From positions 9,262 through 73,261 of the forward strand of contig ADNK01002961.1 of the NCBI GenBank assembly GCA_000320545.1: 64,000 bases of DNA. The letters run 5' to 3'. The notes beneath the pieces are model-generated. The model searched no databases, was not told the DNA's origin, and worked only from the letters and a program-made list of their open reading frames with translations. The position numbers and the translations under genes were made by a program. Every line of letters begins with the position of its first letter. Position 1 is the stretch's first letter. This DNA is from Bigelowiella natans CCMP2755. Taxonomy: Eukaryota > Protista > Cercozoa. Below, piece after piece: positions 52,901 through 64,000 of this stretch.

Positions 52901-54477
52901 CTTCATGAGTATGTTGCAAACGGGATTGAATACTGACTTAACATTTAAAACAAGTAAATATATTTCACAGCTATCTTCTATCTCTTGGAAACTCTAAGAG
53001 CGGAAGAGTAACATTCTCAAGGAATAATGGAGCACAAAGGGTAATAATATTTCGGTTAGGTTTAGTCATTATCATGTGTTATCTTCTATTGGTTATGAAG
53101 GTTTCTGGCAAAATCATTGGTCCAGACGGATTGCCCCTGCTTAAAATTGATGGCCCGCATTCAGCCCCGACCCAGCACATATCGAAATATAAGAATGTCA
53201 TGGTGATTGGAGCAGGTATTTTTTCTTTTTATCGGTTAATGAATAGCATATATACTTAATTCGTTTATAGGTATAGGAGTCACTCCGGTTGCTTCCGCTT
53301 CCAAAAGTGTGGTGTGTAAGTTTGGACAACATTTTATTCTTGCGTCATTTAATTCAGAGTCTTAATCAGGTTTTCCATAAGTGGCGTACTGCAGTGGGAG
53401 AAGTATTCCCAAATAATGGTCGCTTCATTTTCAGTAATATGCTTTCGCTACTTAAAGTTTTTTTTTAAATTATTCGTTAGGCTATTTCTACTGGGTTGTG
53501 AGCCACAGAGATGTGGATTCGTTCAGATGGTAGTATTCATCTGAATGAAAAATGCCAGTTACTGAAATTCTTAAATGTGTATAGGTTAATTCGTTTGATA
53601 AAAGATTGTCAAGATGAAGTAGATTTCAATTATCAATGTGGTCTTCAAAAATACATGAATCAAATTAACGATAGGTCAGCCATCAGAGATCAAAGGCGGC
53701 TTCAGTTTATGTAAGCATTTTATTAAGAAAAGGTTTTTTGCTCATCGCCATTTGTTCTAATATCTTAGCAACACAAGTTCGAATTCCATATATTCGTAAC
53801 CTCGGCAAAAAATCCAAAGCCAGTCAAGTTGCACATTGCCAAAGAGGATGTATGGATATATTCATATAAACTCTTAGGCAACAAATTAAGTATAATCTGC
53901 CTATAGGAATTATCTTTCTGGGGGGCTAGAACAGAGGAAGGGGGTATTGCAAAGGCTAAAGGACCCTTTGATGAGTCGACACTATATTCTGCTCTTAAGT
54001 GTCCTATTTTTGGAGAGGTGTCCAGATTCTTAGTATATAAAATTTCTGATTGACATGTAGACCGATGTAGGTGAAACAACTTGGTAATGTTTACGTCCAC
54101 AATGGTCGGCCGAATTGGAGGGCTGAATTTGCTCGTGTAAAGGTATCATTTGAACTTATGTTCACTTTTAAGCTTCTTTAATATCCTTATATCGCTTCAG
54201 GCATACCATCCTGAAAGCACAGTTGGCGTGGCATTCTGCGGAAACGAGCACATTGCGAAAGATTTGAAGCGGTAGTGCTATCTATCAATTTTATTGAAAT
54301 CAAATTATAAAGAGCGTTTAGTTGTTTTGAACTGTTCCAAAAGTATGTCAAACACCATGGCATCATTAGTTATAAAATATCCAGAAATAATTATCTTCCT
54401 TTCTTTGCAGACAATCGGCCGCTTTTAGTAATGTGGAACAGAACAGCTTGTTTAGACTCCACCTTGAAAACTTCTAA
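48298..54477 (+). CDS. NADPH oxidase (gp91phox/NOX2-like) with N-terminal SH3 and p22phox-like domains, dozens of short exons
   Basis: SH3: YKARADF...LEMQIGDIIT|IIEEGDEG|GWWRGKLNGVE|GFFPITYC. NOX: FNCAMIL|VPVCRNLL, DKNIAFHK, GHMFFH, FW|YTH, IHG, QWHPFT|ISSAP, DGPHSAP, IGAG|IGVTP, YFYWV, GRPNW, FCG, HLENF*. Confidence 0.9.
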
Positions 54478-55444
54478 GTCACATATCAGATGATGCAGTT
54501 TCATTCCTACGTTTATTATGTTGTGATCATCATAAATTAGTTCGCATTATCAAGTTTTTCAACCAATTACAATTTGCGCATTGGTGTCACCTCTTTCACC
54601 TTTCATTTCGGTCAGTACAACATGCAAGCTGTCATCATGATGTGTCACAACATCGACGTGTCAGCGTAATGCACAGAATGATTCGAATCATCACAACATG
54701 CCAAATCAAATGATTGGAACCCCTGTGTGTCAAACTCATCTGCGCAAGCAAGTGAGCGCCAACGCGCGCAGTCGTTGATTGCATCGGTGCAATGCTGTGT
54801 GCATGTCACTTTTGCCATGCTAGCTTGTCACAGCGACTTGTGCAACCTAGCTAGCCCCCGCCACTAGCCCATCTCGTTGAATGTTGCAATACAAAAATGA
54901 GAGTAATTTTGGTACCTTCCAATTTGCTATAGCAAGCTAGTTTGCATTGGAGTGAAGCGCTGCACACAGCTCTAGAGTGCCGCTTCTTTGCTAGTTTGGC
55001 TTCGCTTGTTCGTTCTAGCGCTTGCGATGCGGCTGCATGTATGCTAGCATGCCACATTGCATCCTTCTAGTTAGCTAGGCTAGTAGGCTTGTTAATGCTA
55101 GCTTGGCTAGCTTGCTCTAACAAGAGCTAGTGGGTCTAGCGGATGTCAGAATTGGAGGGGAAGTGCTAGAAGAGGCAAGCTAGCAAAGGATGGACTAGTG
55201 CAGGGGCATGAGAACCAGGCTAATCGGTGTGAGAAACTGAGGAGTACGATGAGGATGATGAGGGAGGAAGAGGAGTGACGGCACTAGGGCACACACATCA
55301 AGACATGCAAGTGCCAACACCATGCTAGCTAGCGGTTGTGAGTCATGTCTAGATGTGGTTGCTAGGGGTAACGTGCCGCCAGTCTAGTGGGGGGGGGGGC
55401 GTGGAGGCGGTGGAGAGAATGGCTGCGTTTTAGTGGGGGGGGCA

Positions 55445-56060
55445 TTAGGAGGGTCGCCAGACAATTCTCTCCCATGATGCCATTGCACTGGAAGAACTAT
55501 CCACATGGTCAATGTGGAGGACGATGGAAAATGGGTCTTTGTAGAGTATTTCACTTAACGGCTGTTCTTTCTTCCAGGTAATTTGATATTTCCGTACGCC
55601 GTTGCATTTTACAAACATATGATTTGTAATAATAAATTTCTCTTCAACGCTTAGTTGGCACTCCTTTTTTAAGCTATTAACAAGATCTGCACACATCCGT
55701 AAATCCTGTCAGAACTTTACCGATAACTTCATGTTTTTCATGTTTTTCTCATTTTTTTCTCCGAATGTTGAGGATTGGACTTACCACCGAAGTTACCCGT
55801 AGATTTTAATTTTATGACTCCTGCTTTCCTATTGTAAAAACGGGGGCAGATCTATTGAGGAATGGGTCAGTTAAGCATTGCAAAAAATCATCATCGTTTT
55901 GGCATATCGGCGCAGAGAACAAGCAGGTACGAGCATACCAAACAGGACGGGTATCGCGCTTCGAACGATCCGTGGGCTTTCTCTTTCCTACGATAAATAC
56001 ATTGCCAGTGATGTCCTCCGCGGTTGACATCCCCACCCGTGCTACTGCTGAGGAAAATGG
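55445..56060 (-). CDS. Possible small hypothetical gene
   Basis: Two minus ORFs (55812-56036, 55445-55696), no motif recognised. Confidence 0.2.
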
Positions 56061-56507
56061 ATCTTAATTTCGGGTAGAAAAGACATCTAAGTTAAAACCG
56101 CATGTGATTCTACACGGCGACATCCAACACATGTGCGCCGCAGCCGCATTTGCACTTGTTCGAGAGATCACTGCTGTGCGTTTCTTTTGGGTACCGAGTG
56201 TTCGAGTAAAGTCTGCTCGGGAGAAGCGCCTAAGATCATGAAATCTAGAAAATCCAGCGGGAATAATTATGTCGCAACCTAAGTTCCTTCTGGCCGATTA
56301 CCGGTGCGACATGCCCCCACGCATACCAGCATTCTGATTGTCGCAAGAGCAGGACTCACCGCGTTTCATCTGATTTCCTTTTCTCAGGAATTATCTTTGG
56401 CGTTTTTACCTAATTGTAGTTCGGGATCGTCGGACTCGCATCCTCGGTGTTGATCCGGAGGGAAGCCACAAACCAAGCGAACCTGCAAGCCAAAGGGCTC
56501 GGCCAGC

Positions 56508-56900
56508 ATGGAGGTCCCCCCCGGACCACCGAGGTGGCCTGCTTGGAGGCCACGTAGACTGAATGGTGCGGATTACGACTCCTTCGTTGACGACGTGTTC
56601 AATGACGACGGTTCGGAAGCTGAGAATGATGACGAGATCTTGGATAGGAGCTCAACGGCAGATGCTAAATCCCCGCTATCGGATCCACCCCACCCCGCCA
56701 AAGTTCAAAACGATCTCGGTAGTCGCGATTGCAAGGACGAATGCAAATCCCCGAGCAAGCTTCCGTACGCTGAAACTTGCAAAACCCCGCCCTCCCGACA
56801 GCAGCCATTCATTGACAACAATAACAAGCCTCTTCAGAAGGCAAGCTACAGATGGAACAATGAGATCAAGCAAAGGACGGACTCGAAAAAGGGACTGTGA
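56508..56900 (+). CDS. Hypothetical protein or first exon
   Basis: 130-aa ATG ORF with protein-like composition downstream of a CpG-rich spacer. Confidence 0.35.
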   Translation: MEVPPGPPRWPAWRPRRLNGADYDSFVDDVFNDDGSEAENDDEILDRSSTADAKSPLSDPPHPAKVQNDLGSRDCKDECKSPSKLPYAETCKTPPSRQQPFIDNNNKPLQKASYRWNNEIKQRTDSKKGL

Positions 56901-58575
56901 AGAAAGTAATACCCTTTTACAACAAGGACCGAGTTGTTAATCGCGCTCCAAGGGAGCTTTTTAAAGGAAAACGTACTCGCCTGAAGAAGCAATCACATAA
57001 ATGAGTGAGTTGAAATTTCAGATTCTCGTTTCCCGTTATTATTATATATCCTCCTACCTCACCCCCGTTGCCGCGCTATTTTTTCACTTACTCCAGCATG
57101 GCACATTTCTGGCGTGCTTGTGCGAGAAAAAGCTTGACAATCCGTTGTATATTTGACTTTTTACCAAAGGACTTGGCGGATGTATGCGCCCAACTGGCTG
57201 CCTGGAACCCATGCGCTGGGAAGCTCGGGGCATGATCATAAATCACCTACCAATTTTGCAAACTTGGTAGCGGATCCAGAGGGAGGCCATTCGATTGGAG
57301 TACAAAGCCAGGCAGTCACAAATCAATATTTTATTGTTTGCTAGGCAAAAGCATGATGCACGAGTTATTAAAGGCGATCTTGCCGTTTACTCGGGCTGAC
57401 AACGTACAAACTCACTTTAATCGAGTCGCAGCGTTGTGCAAAAAGGATTTCCAATGAAATTCAATACGCACATCATCAAATACACATAAGTTAGAATAAA
57501 ATATACATTGTATTACTATACATGTCCATCATTAGACCCGACAAGCTCTAGAGCTGTGGGCAGATGCAGCAGCATTTCTAGGCTATGTAGTTAGCATCCT
57601 TCAAATTGCACAGTGTTGATCAGTAGATATGCATGCATGTGGTCGTTCGAATGCTGCATGCACTAGCGCATGATGACGATGTCGCAATGATCGATGTATT
57701 AGTGCGACTAGCACTACATCGTATCATGCTAATTGACGCATATTATAGACTGTGTCTATTATGCATGATAATTAATGACAAGTTAGCTAGCGCATGCCTC
57801 AGTGCCCGTTGGATCGAAGACATGATTGTTCTCTAGCTACTACTGTCAAATCCAAATGGTAACAATGCAGTGCATCACACACGTCGCGCATACAATGCGC
57901 AGGCTAGCAGGGTTGAATTTATCATTCACAACTGTTATGTCTAACGCTAGCAAGGCGTATACGCGCAGTCTAGACAGCAGCACGCTACGGCGCACTTGCA
58001 TGCATCAATTAGTTTGCTTGCTCCAGTGCTAGCTCCGATAGCTGCGCGCTGATGATGACTGCCACGCGAAGTGGCAGTGGATGTACTAGTGTAGCACAAC
58101 ATGTGCTTTATATAGCTATTTAGATACATTCTAGACATTGTCTACATCTGCCAGACATGCAAAACGTGCACATCACGACTTTTAAACTAAAGCGCTGTCA
58201 TAGAGCCGACGTGTGATTTTGAGTTTCAAATAATCGCCGCCGCATAAGTCCAGACAGCGTCACCTCGGACGTTCTCTAACTCTCATGGCTCTAGAGCTAT
58301 AAAGCTGCTCGTTACACACAAGCTACCGCTACGGTATCGTTCTTAGACAGTTCCTGGAATAAATCACAAGCAGCATCGGTTATACCCATGCAGCGGTGCA
58401 GTCACCACGCGCCATGACTTAAACCGCAACAAAGCACACGCCACCGCCGGCGAGCTTCCGAGCGTACATTCCACATCTCGCACTCGTATGATCAAAACGC
58501 AGGAGGAAACGAATAGATGTGTCGAAGCAATTTGGGGGGGGGGGGGGGGGGGATTGGCGAAACCGCCCGGCACGT

Positions 58576-58613
<38 letters not shown>

Positions 58614-58708
58614 TGCAGGGATGCAAATCATCAGCGTCCCCAACGCAACTGCGCGCAGAGAGCACGAATCATTGCACGCGAGCGCTCTCTTTCTCGCTAC
58701 TTCTGACA

Positions 58709-59012
58709 TTACAGTGCGTTCTTCTTGAGATATCGCTTAACGGGGGGGAAGTCCACGAGAAGCCTGATGGGGAGTGACGATGAGAATGGACGATGGCGAT
58801 GCGATGATGATGAGGAGGAGGATGATGACCCCGACGATGGTGATGATGATGGTCCCGCCCCTCAAGTTTGAACAAAGATAACTCTCACGTAAATACGAAA
58901 AGGCCATAAATCCACAACGCAAGCACACTCGCGAAATACAACTACCCAGGTGGATGCATTGGAATTTCACACCATATCCTACCCCCTCCCCCTTTCTCTC
59001 TCTCCCCCTTTT

Positions 59013-59067
<55 letters not shown>

Positions 59068-59130
59068 GTAACCTGGCCTTTTCGACATACATGACCGTTC
59101 CTTCCTTGCCTGTTTTCATATCTACGATGG

Positions 59131-59171
<41 letters not shown>

Positions 59172-59861
59172 TATTATATCCATTTAATGTGAAACGCATT
59201 ATCACCACGCTACACACACATACACGCACACACATTCGCATTCACATGATCATATTACATAAATACATATTTAGCAATAACTTTATAATATCTATATGTA
59301 TATAATATAATATAGGCAATAAGAATAGATTATCAGTGTGTTCGTGCATATGCCAGCGTGTGCGTGTGTGTTTATGTGTGTGTAGATATGCCTCCCCCAT
59401 CACGTTCAAACACTCCCCCCCCTCCCTCTCCTTACCCTACTACCACAATCAGCTACCTAGCACTCTCGAGTTTGGAGGATATCCCCATTTCTTCGCAAGG
59501 TCAGGACGCTGAACAGCCTTTCTCTTACCGCTCTGGGTCTGTGATGATGACGAGGTCGCCTCGCTGTTCTCGCTCGCGCCAAATCGTGAGCTCGCCGCCT
59601 GGAGACGAGGGGGTGGGGGGGCGGGGTACAGTCAATCAGCCGCGGCGGAGGGGAGAGGACGCCTCGTCTTGAGGCGGTGTGCGATCCCCCATGTGCTGTT
59701 TGCTTTCTGTCGTGTGTGCGTGCGTGTAGCGGTGGCGGTCGTTTATCTCACACGCTCTCGCACAGATCAGATCGACGCGAAGTAGCGACTTCAGTAGGTT
59801 CAGATATGTACTGTACATATACACAGTATATGTGTGCATTATTAATATTATAAATTATATA

Positions 59862-59897
<36 letters not shown>

Positions 59898-60192
59898 ACG
59901 ATTTCAAGCGCGTGTGTGCGCGATTTGGGGAGAGGAGAAGGCCATTCATCATCGCCATAAGGCCGCCAACCTGCTGCATGGCGATCTCATTCTCGAAGAG
60001 CGTGTAGACGATGCAGAGAAGACGGTGCGCCATTGCAGAGTCACGGTTGGCTAGTTTTCGTCGTATATACGATGTGTTTCAGTGATGGTTAGGTTAGATG
60101 AAGAACACTGGGCTAACGAGTATGTGTGTGTGTGCGCGCGCGCGCGCCTGTGTGTGTGTATGCGTGCGTGTGTGTGCTGTTGCTTTCTCTGG

Positions 60193-60232
<40 letters not shown>

Positions 60233-62218
60233 TATATATTCATATATTTGATATGCACGCAAGCCCACTCACTGAGCTTCAAGGCGTCCTCTTTGAAGGA
60301 AATTGACATGAAGTCTCGGGCCGACATTCGTGCGAACAGAACCGCCTTCCAAATTAGGGAAAGAGCAGCATCATCATCAACAGCAGCAGCAATAGCAGCA
60401 GCATCAAGAAAAAACACATTATCAGCAGCCAAAACACGCTTTATTCCAATCATAGGCCCACCGTCACACGCAACCACAAAATACCAATCAACCACAGAAT
60501 CAATCATCCCGATGATCACCACCTGCTGCAAATGGCCAAGCCCATACTGGGAAAGGAGCTGCGCCAGCGCCTCGCAGCTGCTGCGTGAGTTGAACCAGGC
60601 CGGTAGCGCGATCTAATATGGTTTCAAGGACGGTTCAGAGAGAGGGAGAGAGAGAGAGAGAGTGAGTGAGAGAAAGGCCTTCCCCGTTTGTCATCATCAT
60701 CATCCTTGTCCTCGTCATCATCACCATCATCATCGCCATCATCACCATCCCCATTATCATCCTCATCATCATCATCCTCATCATCATCATGATCGCCACG
60801 CATCGTCATCGTCGTACGAGGGAGGCCACCACCGCCATCGCCATCACCATCGCCAACGCCAACACCGCCAACACTACCGCCCACCCCGCCCTGCCCACCT
60901 TTTGCAGCGGAGGCTCGAAATCGTCCTTGTGAATACGATACAGCTCTTTCGCACGGCCCTCCTGCGCAATTTCAAGAACGGCACTTCCAAACGGGGGGGG
61001 GGCGGCGTTGGCGTTGGCGTTGGCATTGGCATTGGTGTTTGCGGCTGCTGCTAGGGAGGCAGCCCCTCCCCCCCTCGCAGTACTGTGGGCGGAGAACATC
61101 GACGAGGACGGGGTGGAGGAGGTGGAGGAGGAGGAGGAGGGCTCAGAAGTCATAGGATGCAAAGACTGCTGCTGCTGCTGCTGCTGATAATGGTTGTTGT
61201 TAAAGTATTGCTGCTGAGGTGGAGGTGCCGAGTTCTGATCAAGAGTAAGGGATGGGGGGGGGGGAGGGGGAGGGGGAAGTATCGAGTATGGATTTTGAGT
61301 CTGTGCGGCGAAAACCGACTCTCCTGCGGTGCACCGACATGGCGTGCAAATTCGGCATTTTTAAATCCCAGACACATGGTGATGATGATGATGATGATGA
61401 TGATGACGATGATAATGACGAAGACGACGATGATGGGGATGATGATGACGACGATGATGCATGGATGTTCCGAGAGGAAAGTGAGTTAATATAATAGCCG
61501 AAAAGAAAAATGAGAGATTGGTCTCCGTCAAAAATACGAAGAAGCACCAGAACTATCTATTATGTAGCAAGCATCCTCCTCACTCCTTCATCGGGTTATG
61601 TTCATTATCTCTCTCTCGACGTATATTATATGCACTGACCTGCTGCTGCTGCTGCTGCTGGCGATTTGCCGCCATCACTGGCTGCATCGCTGCCTGAGAG
61701 AAAAACAGAGATCGAAGCTGCGTGTGCTTTTATGTACTTTTGTGTGTATGTGTGTGTGTTTGTGTGTGTGTGTGTGTTTGTGTGTGTTTATGTGTGTGTT
61801 GGCACAAACACGCTATACACATACCCATTTCGACACACACACACACACACACACACACAAGCACACACACACAGACACGTACTACTGCAGCATCATGAGA
61901 AACCGACCGCATACACTGCTGCAGCAGCGTTGTTATTCCCATGGTTGTTCGCTCCAGCGAGAGAGCGAGAGACGCTCTGCAAGAGCTGCTGCTGCTGCTG
62001 CTGCTGCTGCTGCAGTATTTGCTGCTGGTGATAACCGGTGAAAGAGTGGGGAGTTAATGGATTTTGGCGCTGATGAAGCTGCTGCTGCTGCATTGCTGTG
62101 CCAGCCATCGTTGCACCTGTGTTTGTATTTGCCGCTGTTTCGTGGGGGACTAACAAGGAGGTGGATGGAAGATGAACGTGGGTGTGGTTGAAGAGAGGTA
62201 GATGGGGAATGGCTTGTA

Positions 62219-62268
<50 letters not shown>

Positions 62269-62328
62269 CTCTTTCTGTATGACCCTCTCACAAACATGCA
62301 CGCACATGCACACTCGCACAGAGAATAA

Positions 62329-62372
<44 letters not shown>

Positions 62373-62373
62373 A

Positions 62374-62431
<58 letters not shown>

Positions 62432-62976
62432 TGTAAGGAATCACAAACGCGTATATAACATCTACCACTTCCCTTAAGAACAGACAAATACATATACATC
62501 TTCTCCTTCTCCCACGCATCACCCAACCAGGCCTTCTCCCCCCCCATTCACCTTGTCCTACACGCTGCTGCTGCTGCTGCTGCTGCAGCTGCTGGTGAGA
62601 CCTCGAGGCCACACCGGAGGGAGCACTCATAGCGATAGAAGGCGCAGAGGCAGCAGTAGAAGAGACAGCCATTGCATTGGTCGCACTGCTACTACTACTA
62701 CTGCTACTACTACTAGGAGCGGCAGCGGAGTTATAATGCATAGCGTTTGCCGCACGCTGCTGCTGCTGTTGGTGCTGTCCCATCGCATCTGTTTGGAAGG
62801 GGGGGGGGGAGAGATCGGGTGTGTCGACGATGAGAAATGAGTCTTACTCCCAACCGCAATACAACCCAGCTTGGGCGCGCGGAGAACAAGGGAGATCCGG
62901 TTTGGGACTTGCCCTATTCTGTTCGCGTCTCTCCAGGCGATGGGAGCATTTACCCATTCAGTAATTATATATATTA

Positions 62977-63013
<37 letters not shown>

Positions 63014-63700
63014 TAAATATATATTTAAATATACATTGTCGCTGCTTCAACTCCATCATCGCATATATTCGCTTCTGCTCCGCCTCGTAACTGCGTCTCT
63101 CTTGCTCTTCACGTCGCATTCTTTCTTGGTGGATCCTATGTGTATTTTTGCATACCGGCGGGGGGGGGAGGGAGGAGGAGGATGAGGAGGAGGAGGAGGA
63201 GGAGAAGAGAAAGTCATAAATAAAAGAGAACCGTAGCACAATTCTCTACACAAGATAAAGCTGCCTTACTCACGGAGATATATAGCCAAAATTAAAAAAA
63301 AAAGCGGGGGGAAGTTGGTAATGAGTACGTTAAAAGAAAAGAAGGGAGAAGAGAGGAAAAGAGAAAGTTTAGATTAAACCATTTTTCTCTATCCCCCTCC
63401 ATCATCATCATTTTCATCCCGCACTCTTCTTACCGCATTGCCTGCTCCTGCAAGCTATTTGCGCTGCTCCTAGCGCTGCTGTTTCCGGCCGCCATTCCCC
63501 GTTGTGAAGGAAACATGCGGCGGTTTTGGGGGATCGGGGGAGGCGGATACTGGTGGTTTGCTGGTACGACTTGCAGTGTGTTTTCATCGAGCCATTGTGT
63601 GCCATCACCGCTTAAAACCAAACGCCTAAGAGCACAAATGGGTTTGAATTTTTGGGGGGGGGGGTGGGAGGGGAAGGTCAGTTTTCACCATCACGGCATC
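58709..63700 (-). CDS. Large low-complexity multi-exon protein (poly-Q/S/D) with a small C-terminal beta-barrel-like segment; 5' end unresolved
   Basis: Exons with poly-Q, poly-S and poly-D tracts, LAQLLSQYGLGHLQQ, and a terminal NSRVL|DMKTGKEGTVMYVEKAR|LLVDFPPVKRYLKKNAL*. Confidence 0.5.
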
Positions 63701-64000
63701 TTCGATCATCATTACGCATTACTGCGCCAAACACGCCGCGCGATTTCAAAAGGCGATCATCCTTGACCGCTCCTTCGATTCGACAAGTGTTCTCTTCTGC
63801 TAACGCTACAACCGTGTGACGACGGTAGTGCCTGCTGAAGCCGAGCACGTAGATTGAATCCTCTGTACTTTTGGCCCATTTACCCGTACGATGGTCGCTA
63901 GGATCCCAGGCCCAATTTCCTGCCCAATGGAAGGCTGCTGGTCTGGGAAGAGAAGAGAGATGGCCGCCGGGTTATGTGGTTTTGCCTAAATTTATAATAT

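Noticed and set aside
60662-61054. Poly-His ORF on the + strand as another METTL9 substrate
   Set aside because: Arises from (CAT)n trinucleotide repeats antisense to the minus-strand gene; not a credible protein.
1-64000. Transposons, viral inserts, tRNA/rRNA genes
   Set aside because: No transposase, RT, integrase, capsid or structural RNA signature recognised by eye; a covariance-model search would be needed to exclude small RNAs.

Overview
Eukaryotic, intron-rich nuclear DNA from a protist. GT-AG introns, many (AT)n/(AC)n/(AG)n microsatellites and dense gene packing would fit a chlorarachniophyte or other rhizarian alga, but that is a guess. Splicing exons by hand gives about 18 genes whose orientation alternates +/- across the whole window. 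They include a giant polycystin-1-like receptor (NHL + RCC1-like + REJ + GPS + TM + PDZ-like), a FAM173-like methyltransferase, a transmembrane septin facing a Cys-free SUN protein, a TLC-domain protein, TFIIB, an arylsulfatase, an ankyrin protein and a DUF285 surface protein. The best candidate for an undescribed system is at 48298-54477 and is almost invisible in the ORF track because its exons are tiny. It is a single phase-consistent gene encoding SH3 - PxxP linker - p22phox(CYBA)-like membrane module - gp91phox/NOX2-like NADPH oxidase, i.e. a one-chain version of the phagocyte oxidase core. The second candidate is a METTL9-like histidine methyltransferase lying head-to-head with a secreted His/Cys-rich protein that carries its HxH target motif. 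All exon boundaries are manual and approximate, and no database searches were run.
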